A stretch of DNA of 64,000 nucleotides from Octopus sinensis (Eukaryota), in the NCBI RefSeq assembly GCF_006345805.1, contig NC_042998.1:121582001-121646000 (forward strand), given 5' to 3'. The translations under genes were made by a program, and so were the position numbers. The first letter of the stretch is position 1; the number at the start of each line of letters is the position of its first letter. Below the pieces are notes generated by a model. That model ran no database searches. It was not told where the DNA came from and was given only the letters and a program-made list of their open reading frames with translations. This document shows positions 25,400 through 40,201 of this stretch, piece by piece.

Positions 25400-25735
25400 A
25401 TGCATTGCTGATTTATGGGTTTGTGTCAAACAGCTTTACGACTTCACCAGCCCCAATTTCTGCTATCCTAATTTCCCTGATTGTAATCCTATAATATTTT
25501 TATTTTTGGATGAGATATTGAGAAAGATACCAACCACTCTGCCTGCAACAACCAAGACTAAGCTGGTGGGCAAAGTCAAGGAGGGAATCAAAGATCTTCC
25601 CAGGTTCCAGAGTCATCTTGAGGCTATGTTGAAAGCTAAGGGCAGCTACATTGAGTAAACTGTTATCTCCCAGCCATAATGTAGTTGATAGTTTTTGAGT
25701 TTTTCAAATATTTTTATTTTTGGATGAGATATTGT
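25400..25735 (+). mobile_element. Tc1/mariner transposase C-terminal relic
   Basis: YDFTSPNFCYPNFPDCNP resembles WPPNSPDLNP; terminal RFQSHLEAMLKAKGSYIE*. Confidence 0.7.
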
Positions 25736-26038
25736 GTTTTCTTTTCCTTTTATCCTGAACACCCTGGATCTATGAGCTTGCGCACACACACACACACAAA
25801 CATGTTTCTGTATGTACATATACAAAGAAAACAATAAGGTGCACATAGTTTCTCTTTGAATTCCCTCAAATGTCACTATTACCACCATTGCTAAGTAGAT
25901 CATGGAGCATTACTTGATTAGCTTTAAGGTTAGAGAGAGAGAGATTTTAAAAGACACACTGTTGCACCTCATTCACCTTAACTGTACAATACTTACAACT
26001 CTGATTTTATGTCTTAAAGATAATGTTTAGTTAGTGTG

Positions 26039-26088
<50 letters not shown>

Positions 26089-26099
26089 ATATGATGAAA

Positions 26100-26620
26100 C
26101 AAGCATTCGAAATACACAAAATAATTGAAAGTAAAAGACAATCAAAGTCTCTCAAAAAATTCCTCACGGGTGCTAAATTACCTTCCACAACTCCTACACC
26201 AACAGTCAAAAAGTGTGGCCGCTCTAATTGTGCGACTTACATCAATCTTATTGAAGACACAACATACAAATTCAAATCAGGACAAATTTTTATCATAAAA
26301 CATTACTTTACATGTGCTTCAAGGAATTTAATATATGCTATCAAATGTCAAGGATGTAATGAAGATTACATAGGTCAAACAAAGCTTACTCTAAGAAATA
26401 GGCTGACCATTCACTGACAACAAATATGAAACTCCAGTACTAGACAGGTTCCACTGAGTGGACACATAGACATATATGCAAAAAATATGTCCCCCAAATT
26501 CCAGGTCTTCCCACTCTACCTATGTTCAGTGAATACTACAGAGAAGCACAGATAAAGAGAATACTTTCATACAAAAGTATGAAACCCAGACTTAACAAAT
26601 AACTATTCACACACAAAGCT
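26100..26620 (+). mobile_element. Penelope-like element fragment (GIY-YIG endonuclease)
   Basis: KCGRSNCAT...FTCASRNLIYAIKCQGCNEDYIGQTKLTLRNRLTIH; stops follow. Confidence 0.85.
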
Positions 26621-27334
26621 CATTCTGCCACTTAACATGAGGAACCTACAACCTAAACTTTAGCCACTGGATGACATACAAATGATTCCTGTCTACTCTC
26701 TCACCTGACAGATTAAATGTGGAGTGCCTTGATTGTAACTAAATACATTCACTCAACCGTGTCAGCCTTCCTGTTAGGTGCAAAATGTACTGCTACAAGA
26801 CACTAATGCACAGATGTAGCAGGAGATATAGAGAAGGTTTTAAATTTAATCACATGCTCATTCTCTACAAATACTTAACAGAAAACATTCAGAGCAGTGA
26901 TTGTTTAGTACTACCACTAGACTCGTTCCATCAACTGTGTCTGCCTTAACTTATGATGCTAAACATTATCACTTGATACTAACACACAGACGTAGCAGGG
27001 GAACCTACAAATATTTCTAACACCAGTCATTTGACTATCCTCTACCAATCAAACTCTATTCAAAACATATACTAATTTGAGCCATGAACTTATAAAAATA
27101 AGGCAAGCTTCAGAAGCAAAATAGCGATGATATAAGCCATGCCTCTCTATTTCAAAATTTTGAAAAGCAGTGTAAACTGTGAAACTGGTTAAATCTTTAA
27201 ATATCATAATAAAAACATTTTAACTATTTTCAGTGTATTTTCAACTTCTATTTTTCCAATATTTCTGCCCATGTGGAATAAAATAACCTTGTTTTCTATA
27301 TACATATATATGTATCTCTCTCTTTATATATATA

Positions 27335-27792
27335 TCATCATTATCATCATCATTTAGTGTCCGCTTTCCATGCTAGCATGGGTTGGATGGTTCAACTGGG
27401 GTCTGTGAAGCCAGAAGGCTGCATCAGGCCCAGTCTGATCTGGCAGTGTTTCTACGGCTGGATGCCCTTCTTAACGCCAACCACTCTGTGAGTGTAGTAG
27501 GTGCTTTTTACGTGCCACCCACACAGGTGCCAGACGGAGCTGGCAAACGGCCACGAACAGATGGTGCTTTTACGTGCCACCGGCACAGGGGCCAGGCGAG
27601 GCTGGCAACGGACACGAACGGATGGTGCTTTTACGTGCCACCGGCACGGAGGCCAGTCGGGGTGGCGCTGGCAACGGCCATGATCGGATGGTTTGCTTAC
27701 TTGTCACCGGCACTGGTACCACAGCTGCAATTTCCATTGATGTTGATCGAATTCGATTTTGGTTCTGCTTTCTGATATCTGTTTTGATTTGG
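27335..27792 (-). mobile_element. RTE LINE 3' UTR with tandem units and tail
   Basis: Reverse complement of the UTR at 61680-62196, including the aatcaaacc block and repeated ggtgcttttacgtgccacc units. Confidence 0.88.
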
Positions 27793-27839
27793 TTTGATTT
27801 TATATATATATATATATATATATATACATACATATATTG

Positions 27840-29244
27840 AGAGAGAGAGAAGACTACATTGGTTTGGTTTAGACGTGATGTGTATGAATGAGGACAGCTG
27901 CATAAAGAAGTGCGTGGTGCTAAAAGTGGATGGTACCTGTGGAAGAAGGAGAGCCTGGAAGACATGGGTGAAGTGATAAGGATCAATCTCAGGACATTGG
28001 GCTACATGGAGGAAATGACAATGGACCGAGATGTCTGGCGATATGAGGTTCTTAAGACACACCCATGTCAGTGAAACTGAGTTCTAGAGGTGCTGTGTGC
28101 TCCACCCACACTTAACAAGAAAACTTCTCACAAACGTTACCACAACAAAACAAACTATATCTCTACATCTCTTCTCTTGCTTGCATTTCAACTTCATGCA
28201 CTATGCTTACCTCCTACTCCCCAATCCTGTTCTCTTGGCTCTATCTCACTGTATCATATCATCGTTATCCACTAGCCCCCTGACCTGTGCATTCCACCTA
28301 CATGTAACAAGAAAACTTTTCACTCACCCTACCCCAACAAACCAATCTACGTCTCTACATCTCTTCTCTTCCCCAGGTTTCCTCCTTTATACGCTATGCC
28401 TACCTCTAACTCCCCAATCCTGTCTTCATGGCTCTGTTCCTCTGTATCACCCCAACTCTATATATAACCAGGTTATCGACCCCAACTCTATATATAACCA
28501 GGTTTTCGCTACTCACTCTCCTTCCTCCGCACTCTTTAATCACACTTCCTTCGCAATATCCTGCCACTTATATTATGGCATTTGAACCTCAAGGTTATGC
28601 CCTGGTACTTGCCACCATCTTTATCTCTCTCTTCCTTTACTCAACCATCCCATTTATATTCTGATCGCCGTCCCTTGTGAATATGCCTAGCACTTTTTCA
28701 CCATCTCTATCCTGCTGTCTCCCACTCTCTCTCTCTCCTTCTCCTGCATTTCCCTCAGGTTGGGTAACCATGTATTTCCTTTGCAGCAGCACACCTGTTT
28801 CTGTTTTCATTCCTGATCTCTCTATCTCTCTCTCTCCAGTCAGGTAACATTGTACCTCCTCTACAGCAAAACACCTGTTTCTATCTCTCTGTCTCACTAT
28901 AACCTTTCATCATTTGACACAAGATCACTTCCTGCAGTGCCCCCTTCCCTCTGAAAAGAGATTTTTTTGTCTTGCAAGTACTTGGTGACCCTGTAAGAGC
29001 AGGTGCCACTTAAAAGCACTCAGTCCACACTGTAAAGTGGTTGGTGTTTGGAAGGGCATCCAGCTGTAAGGAGCTTGCCAAAACTGACGTCACCTGTGCT
29101 TGTGCCAGGTAAAAAGCACTAAGTCCACTCTGCTGAGTGGTTGGTGTTAGGAAGGGCATCCAGCTGTAAAATATCCTGCCAAAACAGTTACAGAAGTCTG
29201 GTGCAGGCTTCTGCCTAGTCAGACGTTAAATAATGATCATGATG

Positions 29245-29245
<1 letters not shown>
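27840..29245 (+). mobile_element. RTE ORF end followed by a long CT-rich 3' UTR variant and the common tail
   Basis: ERRLHWFGLDVMCMNEDSCIKK...GTCGRRRAWKTW; internal duplication 28100-28420; tail at ~29222-29245. Confidence 0.8.
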
Positions 29246-29275
<30 letters not shown>

Positions 29276-31319
29276 TAGGTTAGCATGAACCTCTTGTTCC
29301 TTCAGTCATTGCTACTTCTGTCAAATATTAATAAAATAAATAAATATATATATGGGGGGGGGTAGACAAACATCCATATGTCTTTATCTACATATACATA
29401 CATATCTAGATATTAATTTATCTATGCACATGTATAAATTTATGCGTGTGTATGTATAAATATATGACACACACTTACATACTGGTGTTTCCTATTATGT
29501 ACCCCCACCCTTGTTCATTACTCACTACATTAACTTCTATCTCCACCTGTTTACTCCCTCCTCACACTCTTCTGAAAGCACTCATTCTATCATCTCCTCC
29601 CACAACCCATTGTTCATATCCTCTCTTATGCTCACAGTCTTGTTCCTTAAGAGTGTGCTCTAGTAGTCCATCATTACCTTCTTTCTATCTTGTTCAGGCA
29701 TGTATCTCCTCTATAGCAAGACACCTGTGCTTGTCCCTCTGTCGTATTTTAGCCTTTCAACACCTGGCATAAAGCCAGTTATCTCCACATTCCCCTCCCA
29801 AACATTTTCTCTTACTCGTATGGTCTTTTTCCTTTCTGTCTTGCAAGTTATATAGCAACCTCACTAGTGCCAGTGACATAAAAAAAACACCCAGTTGGAA
29901 TTATGAAAGGCATCCTGCCATAGGAAACAGGTCAAAGATGACATAGGAACTCGTTGCAGACCTGCAGATGGCCTATTCCCCGTCAAATTCACCAATCCAA
30001 GCCAGCAAGGAAAGCAGATGTCAAATGATGATGATGATGATATATATATATATAATACATTAAAAGTGAAGTTCAACTTTGCTTGCTTGCAATGTCACAC
30101 AGCCAAACTGGCACATAATAGGAAAATAATTTGAAAGTAAAATGCTCCTGAAGTGTGAAGTCAAACGGAATAAAACAAGTTTTGCTTAAATCAGGCCAGT
30201 AGTTATTGAGATATTCAGGTTTTGGGGGTATAAAACCCAAAACAGTGCATAATGGGAAAATACTCCAAAAATAACTTGACACATTATGATGGGCAAAATA
30301 ACTAGACACATTATGATGGGCAAAATATTTTTAAGTGAAAATAACTTTAAAAATATGGTAAATATTTCATAAAAGACCTGTTGGTAACCTCAGTGTGAAA
30401 TAGTTTTTTTCCATAGGTTTTTTTTGAGTGCATTCAACGTATCTCACCTCCAAAGATTTAGCTGCTACTTCTAGCACACCCTGCTACCACGCAACAGCTA
30501 TTTGCGATAAAGAACCCGAAATACCTGTTACGTAGTAGCAGGGCATCCAAGAAATAGCAGCCAAATCTTTCCTTTTCCTTTTATGTGTGATTTCGATGTC
30601 ACATTTGTTGAAAGCATGTGAAATAACATGGAAAAAAAAAAAACCACGAAGCAAAACTCCATTGCTGGGAAACTCAGACTTCCCCAGTGACCCACCGGAT
30701 CATGGGTAGTCTAGTATGTATATATATATATATATATATAAAATCATCATCATTATTTCATGTCCATGTTCCATGCTGGCATAGGATGGAGGATTTAACA
30801 GAATCTGCTGAGCCCAAGAACTGCTATATAGTGATCATCATCATCATTTCACTGTCCACTTTTACTTGCTCGCATGGGTTAGATAGAATTTATTGAAGCG
30901 GAATTTCTATGACGGGATACCCTTTGTGTCACCAACCCTTACTTGTTTCCATATAAGGTAGAATTTCCCCATGACCAGACATGTTATCATGGAAGATTAG
31001 AAACAAAGAAGACTGTTTGTGTGACAGTGAGGCTTGTTTACAACTATCACCTGACCTCAAGGGAAGGACATAGTAACACAATGGGCTTCTTTTAGTTTCC
31101 CTTAACTAAATACTTTGGTCAGCCTGGGGCTATAGCAAAAAACACTTGCCCAACGTACCAGGCATTGTGCATGAACCTAAAACCATGTTGTTGAGAAGTA
31201 AACTTCTTACCACATAGCCATGCCTGCATACACACATACACACACAATGCATGTGTGTGTATATATATATATATATGTGTGTGTGTGTCTATATATATAC
31301 GTGTGTGTCTATATATAGA

Positions 31320-31350
<31 letters not shown>

Positions 31351-34289
31351 GTGCATATGTAAAAAGCACCATTCAAGCATGGCCAATGCCAGCACCACCT
31401 GACTGGCACCCGTGGTGGTGGAATGTAAAAAGTACCCACTGCAGTCTCAGAGTAGTTGGCGTTAGGAAGGGCATCCAGCTGTAGAAACATTGCCAAATCA
31501 GATTGGAGGCTGGTGCAGCATCCTGACTTGCCAGTTCTCAGTCAAACCGTCCATCCCATACCAGCATGGAAAATGGACATTAAATGACGATGATGGTGAT
31601 ATACATATGTGTATACACACACACGTGTGTATATGTGTGTGTATGCGTGTGTGTGTGCATGTGTGTGTATAAAATTTAAATTCATAAATACATAAATATA
31701 CCTATACATCCCACTTCACAGCTTTCCATCTACCATTACCAATTCTTTTCCATAAAGACAAAGTGAAGGCAGATTATATGTATAATGAATAAATGTATAT
31801 ATAATGTATCACTCACATACATATATGAATGTATATATGCACTTATATGTGTGTGGGTGTATGTGTTAAGACTAGCCTGTTGCTGTCAGTAATAACACAC
31901 AGACATTCCTAAACTGTCAGTGTGTGGTCTGATGTCAGCAACTCAGGCACCCAAGCATTACTACACACACACACACACACACCTCTTCTCAGGCACATGC
32001 ATGATTCTACCTAACACACTCCTGTAGGAGGATTGTATACTCTGATGGCGATGTTGTGAGAAGTAAATAATTGTAGTGGTGATGTTGGTAATAATAGACA
32101 GTTGTAATAGTAGTAGCAGTAATAGTAGTTAACAACCTTAAGATAAAACTTGCACCAAAAACAAGATCAAAACAAGGACGTTCTATGGAAAGGTTGCTCA
32201 GAATACAAGCAATACAATGAATAATCATTTGATAATGAGAAAATGATAGACAAAAGGAAGAATAATCTCACCACTAACTATAAACAACAGGGTCGGTATC
32301 TTCAGGTTCCACAACCCTGACTATGTTCCTCTCAGGAGTCAATTATCTATAAAAGAATGAAGGAGCCTCTATGTGGTGGTTTAACCAGCTAGAAACAGCA
32401 GGTGATTTTTCATTAAATCAGACACCTTCTGTCTCATAAATGAAAGGCACATTAGGCGTGGGTGGATTATGTCTGAAGGAAGAAGATATGGTGATCAAAT
32501 ATGACTGGAATACCTTTAATGCCATAAGGATGATTTGAGACTAAGTAACAGCACTTGCTGAGTTCATTCTATTACAGCAGTTGGAAATAAGAAAGACATC
32601 TTCTCATTATAATGAATGGCAATTCATGTTGGAAAAATGAAGTATATGGGTGGGAAAGGGGTAGCAAAATTAAAGAAAGTCACGTTCTTTTATTATTTTA
32701 CTGTTTTCAGAGCAATGCCTTCAAGAATTGAAATTCATCAAAAAGCACCCACTACACTCATGGAGTGGTTGGCGTTAGGAAGGGCATCCAGCCGTAGAAA
32801 CACTGCCAGATTTGACTGGGCCTGATGAAGCCTTCTGGCTTCACAGACCCCAGTAGAACCGTCCAACCCATGCTAGCATGGAAAACGGACGCTAAACGAT
32901 GATGATGATGATGATGAGTCCCAGTACTTAATTCTTTCAGGCACTTGCTTAAGCAACCCTTTACTGCTTGATCAAGTTACCTTTGATAGAAATGGATGCA
33001 CTGATATGCATGTTTCTATGTAGATGTGAGCACATATTTTATATATATATTCTTTTACTTGTTTCTGTCATTTGACTGTGGCCATGCTAGAGCACTGCCT
33101 TTAGCCAAGCAAACCAACCCAAGGACTTATTCTTTGTAAGCCTAGTACTTATTCTATCGGTCTCTTTTACCAAACTTCTAAGTTATGGGGACATAAACAC
33201 ACCATCATCGGTTGTCAAACGATGTTGGGGACACACACACATATATATATATACAAGCTTCTTTCAGTTTCCATCTATCAGATCCACTCACAAGGCTTTG
33301 GTCAGCCCGAGGCTATAGTAGAAGACACTTGCCCAAGGTGCCACACAGTGGGACTGAACCCGGAACTATGTGGTTGGTAAGCAAGCTACTTACCACACAG
33401 CTACTCCTGTACCTATATATATATATGTCATCATTTTATGTCCATTTTCCATACTGGCACTATCTGGATGGGGCAAACTGGTTCAAAAAAGTTCTTATTT
33501 GGAGTTACTGCTCTATTAGAGGATCAAGTCTCACTCATACATTTTCTTTTCGGTTTCATTTATAAAGCTGGATGGTTACTAACACCATTAACGTATGGCA
33601 TGTATTGGGTGTATTTTATCATGGCACCAATGACACTGTCTTCTACCTCTATAAGTCTAAAGAGTTCTCATTGCTTTATACTGCACCTGTTTGCCCAAAG
33701 TAGCAAGAGGAATAGGGTAAATAGCAGGTAGTGATGATAGAAATAAACCAAGATAAGAAGTAAAGAGAACAAAAATATGAAAGTAAAGTGACTGGAGTGA
33801 GAGCATGAAAGAGGATGAGGGTGGGCTGGATATTAATAATTCGTGATTGCTGGGTGTACTGGGTACAAGATCATAGTAAAGGGGTTGAATATGATTGGCT
33901 CATTATCATAGGGTTGGACAGGTTCAAAGACATCACTACACAACAGTTTGGTACAGTGAATAAGTTCAGTGGCATCTCTCATTATACAAGTGGCACATAC
34001 TGTATGTGTCACACACACACACACATGCATATTGTACATTGAATGCAAAGTTTGTGAAGTTATGTGATGAAAATAATCTAATTATTTGCAACACTAACTT
34101 CAGGAAACCAGCTAGACACCTGATCCCCTTCCAATCCAGTGAGCATGCAAACTAGATAGACTTCATGTTCACCTGTAAGTGGCATGGGCAACTGGTTGTG
34201 AATATGAAATCTCTCTTCAGTGAAGAAGATACTACTTTACATAGACTAGTAATTAGTGACCTCAGGATAAGAAGTATACAAACTCAGGA

Positions 34290-34930
34290 CAAAAGCTAAC
34301 TGGTGAAGAAAGGTACAGAGGTTGAAAGATTCCTTGGCTAATTTCAAAGCAGTACTGACACATATGACAAAGCGGAGAAAATAGAATTATAACACAGAGG
34401 GCAACAGTAAGTTTCTAAGAGACAAACTGCTGTGAACATTGGACCAGATCTATTGATAGAACAAGGTTCCAGTGAGATGGAAAGTGACATGGGGGCACAA
34501 TAGTACAATAGATAGACCCATTAAAGCTAGGAGAAAGAGCAAGAAAGAATGGGAGAGCAGAGAAGGGGCAAAGAATAATATAAGGTAGCTAGAAACAACA
34601 TTAAGTATATGCAGCAAGGAGAGAAACTGAGAGTAAAAATGTTTGCCAATGTTCTGCAATGAGAGGATGAAGAGCCATGAAATGTTCCAGCCAGCAAGGC
34701 AATGTGTCAGTGAGAATCAAGATGCAATTGGGGAAAGGTGTGTGAAATGATAATAGTACACTTGCTGTCACTGATGTCGAGAAGAAAGAGATATGGCAAT
34801 GTTGTATGAAAAGTTGCTGAATGTATGAGAAAGAGTCAGATTATCCCATGAAGTCTCAACAGAGGGATCAGCTTTTAAGCTTGACAGTTACACAGTCAAA
34901 AGCATGATTAAGGATGTGAGGTCAGTCAAA
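34290..34930 (-). mobile_element. Decayed CR1/L2-type RT fragment
   Basis: Minus strand shows degenerate PQGS- and YADD-region peptides like those at 21270-22520. Confidence 0.5.
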
Positions 34931-34949
34931 GTGGTTGACCATTGGGGAA

Positions 34950-35340
34950 AGTAACTGAGATGCTGAACCTAATGCAACAGAAAATGTGCTAGTCACTCAC
35001 ATGGAGGCCATACCCAAATGACTACTGGAAAGACAAAGCAGATGCTCAGGTAAGAAGTAACTACAAAGGTATCAAATTGACATGAAAGAGTTTCCAGCAT
35101 GGCTGATTGGGAGGAAAATGAGCTTAGATGCATTGTGTCCTCTTATCAGTGAAAAGTTCTTTTATGAGAAAGTTCTCAGCTAAGGGTAAGCCCCTACATT
35201 TGGCATTCCTTGATTTGGAAGAAACTTTTGACAAAATTCTGTCATCTTGTACTCACTAAGAAAACTAGGTCTACTGAATGGCTTGTGAGAGCTGTGCAAG
35301 CCATGTACAATCACACCCATGTTAAAGTAGGGATAAACAC
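34950..35340 (+). mobile_element. Decayed RTE RT fragment
   Basis: SNYKGIKL and KPLHLAFLDLEETFDK peptides. Confidence 0.7.
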
Positions 35341-38300
35341 TACCTTTTCATATGCAGCTTCCATCTTAGAGATTTTCTAATGGACTAGTTTCCTGGTTAT
35401 AAAATCAGTGATTGTATGACACTGTATTTTCAATAGATTGCTAGCAAGATCAAACTACTGACATGCCTGGCAAACAAGTTCCAACCACTGAAGAGATCCA
35501 CTAAGACTGAAATCATGTGGTCTGGTGATCTCAAAGCTAGAATGGCAGGAGTTATCACCCACTTGCAATAAATATCAAGTGTGGAAAATACACTGAATAA
35601 ACCAGCTGGAGATGTCTTCCTGTGGTTAAAATTGCAGTATTGTTGTCTCTTAGAGAACACCCACATTAAATTGGGGATAAACACTACTTATCAATTAATT
35701 TAGGTTTAGAGAAAGAAAGGGAACAACTCCATTATTTAAATTGGATAAAGATAGTATAAGGTGGAGAGAGAGTCATATCTTTAGCAGTATAGTGACAACT
35801 CTGAAGATATTTGATCTAATTAAATTTCATCAGCAGAGGATTTTAGGGAATAAACACTGAATGATGTGACAACTTGAAAGAATGACTGGAGGAAGATACT
35901 GAGAGATGTCTGTCTGCTGCATGAAAAACAATTAGTAAAGTGTATACTAACATATTTAATGTGGCGAACCAAACTATTATCCTTACATCAATAGTGAAGA
36001 GAAAAAAATCATTATCTTAATGATTAATTCTAGTGAAGAAAGACAAGAATGGCAACACTGGAATTTGAATTAATAGCAATTAATTAAACAAAGACAGTAT
36101 TAGGCATTTTTGTGTGGTCAAGGAGTTTGCTTCCCAGCAACATGGCTTCAGGTTTAGTCCCACTGTGTTCCATCTTAGGCATCTTCTACTATAGCTCTAA
36201 GTTGATAAAAGCCTTGTGAGTGGATTTGGTAGGCAGAAGCTGAAAGGGGCTTATATGTGTGTGTATGAGAGAGAGAGAGAGAGAGAAGAGACTGTTAGTG
36301 TGTCCTTGTTTTGACAATGTGTGATAGTTGTAAATGAGGTTCACTGTCATACAAGCAGTGTCATTTGTTTGGAATCTTCTGTAAAAATGTCAGACTATTA
36401 TGAAATATTATCTTGCTTGGAAGTGAGGGAGGGCTGGTGACAAGAAAGACATTTGGCTGTGTGAAAATCTACCTCAGTGAATTCCATCTAACCCATATAC
36501 TCATGTAAGCATGGAAAAGTGAATGTTAAAATGATGATGAATTTATAGTGTGAAGTAGGTCTGACCTATGGCAGTATAGTGATAACTCTCAAACATGTTT
36601 TGGCCTTCCTGGACTTCATCAGTAAGTCACAAGCTAAAAATTACTATCAGTTTTTACATGACTTGAGCCTACACAGCTTGAATCTTTATAGAACAAGAAG
36701 GCCATGTTAGGTTCCAGGATAAAATGCTTGATTTTATGTATATAATAAATACACACAAATGTCTTGTGAGACCTCCATGAAATGGTGCTTAGTTCTAATT
36801 CCATAAAGTAGATGACAAATACTTCTGTTCCCTAGTCAGGATATCATTTTCTCATCAGTTGATCTCATGGTACTCTGTCAGTTACGATGAGGGTTCCAGT
36901 TGATCCAATCAACAGAACAGCCTGCTTGTGAAATTAATATACTAGTGGCTGAGCACTCCACAGACACATGTGCCCCTAATGTAGTTCTATGGGGGATTCA
37001 GCGTGACAAGGCTGTCCCTTTCAAAATACAGGTACAACAGAAACAGGAAGAAAGTGAGAGAAAGTTGTGGTGAAAGAATACACTCACAATGCCTGGTCTG
37101 GGAATTGAAACCACAATCTTACGACCGTAAGTCCACTGCACCTCCACATCAGTTGACCTAGTACTTAGTTGTCTAATATGTTTCCTGAGCAAATAGATGA
37201 ACTGAGGTAATGTAGATTAATGTGTCCTAAAGTGCCTTTAGCCAATTTGAACTTGTGATCTAGGGGAAAGTCTCCCAATACCATATCCAACTGCCCACTT
37301 GTACTCTTGATCTTACATGAACAAAGTTAGCCCTTCTAGATCACAAGGCTCCATTGGCTTTTTAGTTTAGCCGATAAATCAAAAGAAACCAAAATTAAAA
37401 TGACAGCTACCTATCCTAGTAATATCATACAGTTGAAGGCCAGCTGCTGGTGATTTAATATCCAAGTCTGCAATCATTATTTCATTTCATTTAGCTGTTG
37501 GTTCTAAAAAAACAGCTCTTATAGTAAAGTTACCTACAACTGGCAGTTGTCTAGGGTTAGATGGGGTTCTCATTTATTTAACACACTAAGTTTTTTTATA
37601 ATGGTTGGCTCTTCTGAATCTATCCATTTCCATGCCATAGGAAACAAATCAATAAGTACATATGTGTATATATAACTGGTGAGATTGACAAGAATGGTAA
37701 CAAACTGATAGAGCATTACTCTCTCTGGGATACATAAAATCTATGTAAATAGGTGTTTTTAAAAAACAAAAATAAAAAATATCATAAAAAGAAAGAAGAT
37801 TAGTAAAATGCTGATGTACCACTCTTTGAGCAATTGTCAGGGTGGACAGAGGTGATTAAACTCTAGTTAATAGAAATTATAAGTAGAAATCTGACATATC
37901 TGGTTGCAGTAATCATAAAATCAAAACAGCTATAAAATGAGAAAGAGGAAAAGAATGTCAAAATAACCTAACAACATCAGCATACATTTAGCAACACCAA
38001 CATATCACAGCTCTGCAAGAACAGAATGTGAAGAACTGCATAAAATACATAGAAGAATTTAAGTTTCATTGTATTTGATGCTGAGTTTGAATGTTTGGTG
38101 GAAGGAGGGAATCTATATTTCATCTCTTGGTGGCATGAGAGATTCAGTCACTGGACTGCAACCATGCAGAAGTGATACATCCAAAAAGTTTTAGCAGTTC
38201 ATATTGATCCCAGTACAAATTTCTATTTGGTATTTAATTTATCAATCTCCCATCACTTTCATGATATAAAGGGATGCAGTTTTACTCTAACACATAACAC

Positions 38301-38799
38301 ACACACAATTTCATCTACTAAATTCAACTCACAAAGAACTGGTCAACCCAAGCCTACAACAGAAAACAACTGACCAAAGATTGCACAATGGGAATGTACC
38401 CAGAACAGTGTAATTGAAAAGCAAACTTTTTAACCTCACAGCTAAACCAGCAACTATGATATAAATCAAAAACAAAACAAAATAGTGGTAGTTACATACT
38501 GGTGCAGTGACTAACACAATTGCAAGTTTCTTCAACTAGGATTACTTGGCACCTGTTTATCCAACTTTCCTTATCTGTATGCATCACATGCATGTACTAG
38601 TTCAGTCTTTTTTTCTTGCACAATATATCTAATTTCTGTCAACTGATTTGTTCATGTACACTAATATTAATCATGTTCGCCTCATTTCTTTCCGGCCTTC
38701 GTACATCTACAATCAATGTTCATTTTTTAGTCAGTCTATCTGTGATCTCACTTCAACTTTTGTATATCCATAGATTACACTGGATACAGCATACAGAAT

Positions 38800-39520
38800 T
38801 CCTATCCTGCTAAAACTTTTGTCATTAGTCCTGGTTTTGCTTCCACATTTGGTATGTTTCTCTAATTCTTCAGCAGATTCAGCAACAAGAACTTGGTCAT
38901 TGATACACAGCAGTTCCCATGGAAAGTTAGTCTTGAACTCTTGTAATGACCTCGAGATCTAGGATACAGGAGGGGACTGAGAACTTATTCCTGATGTACA
39001 CCTACCTACACACTAAATTTCTAACTGAAATCATTGCTAACTCTCACTTTACTGATAACATCTGTGTACTCTCATAAGCCATTCATCTACGTCTAGTTTC
39101 CTAAGCAACTGCCAGACAACAAAGCATGGTTCTCTGTCAAAAGCCATCTCCATGTCAATGAATGCTTAGTGGTTTGCTCTTTGCCAAGAACTTCTATTAG
39201 TTATCTTGCTGAAAGGCATCAATGGTACCTTATCTTAGTACAAAACTGAACCACAGCTCATATTAGTTGATCTTTCTTTCTAATTAGTTGTGCTGTAAGT
39301 CTATTACTTGGTCAATCCCTTTGATGCACCGTAGTTGTTTCCCTACCATGACAGTCATTGGTAATGAACCCTGGATGACTTAATAACAAGCTCATGTCCT
39401 ATTCTGAGGGATATTTTCAGCGTCTCATGCTTCTCTTGCCCTCATATTTCTATCTGCTTTAATTAAGAAATAGCTGAGCTTCCTGATCCAAACCAGACCA
39501 ACTAAGGTTAAGAGTTAATA
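38800..39520 (-). mobile_element. Decayed RTE RT fragment
   Basis: Minus strand PWELLCINDQVLVAES (PWELLYADDL equivalent) and a YRGIKLLDQV-like segment. Confidence 0.7.
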
Positions 39521-39981
39521 GAAGTGAAAAGGCACATAAAACTGAGAGCCCAAATTCCCAACAAAACACCAGTAAAAAAATCTGAATTAAAGGCCTAAGA
39601 GCTGTTCATTCTACATCAAATTTGTTTGGATCAGCTGTGATTGAATAAAATCTATGATTAAAAGAATTCCAGCTATGACCATTAAAAATTTTTTTATATT
39701 TCAATCAACTTTACTTCTTTTATCACCTTAGTGTGTAATATGAGACAAGATAGAGTTATTTTCATATGAACACATAAAGACTCCTTTGTGAGCTTATATC
39801 TGGTAATTTAGAATAGAATTCAGAGATTAAGAAATTCAATACACCTACCATGAAGGAGATACTCCAGCATGATCTTGACTGTGTTCGCAAAACAAACAGA
39901 ACTATGTTTCAGTACCCAGTGAATTCACATTTTACTGGACACAGAATTTCTCAAGAGCATAAACTTTGAATACTGCTTTAA

Positions 39982-40201
39982 CCTTTTAAGCATTTAAACT
40001 GGCCATATTCAGCCCAAAATATTCTCTGTTTTATGCTCAAACCAGCCAGATCAGGCCTCTCACACCTATCCCACAATGTCATTGTAAAAATAAACAATCA
40101 AATCATCAAAATCTCCAAGCTAAGAGATAATGCACGATTAAATCAAAACAATGTGAATAAATAGGTATTGCATCTGACAGAGTAATCTGAATGCTAGGGG
40201 G
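39982..40201 (-). mobile_element. TTAA-type (piggyBac-like) MITE, ~220 bp
   Basis: TTAA|ccttttaagcatt ... aatgctaggggg|TAAA; internally the reverse complement of the 7440-7955 copies. Confidence 0.6.

Noticed and set aside
27095-27195. Possible hammerhead ribozyme downstream of the Penelope fragment
   Set aside because: Only a degenerate cgatga and a gaaac; no CTGANGA core with pairable stems.
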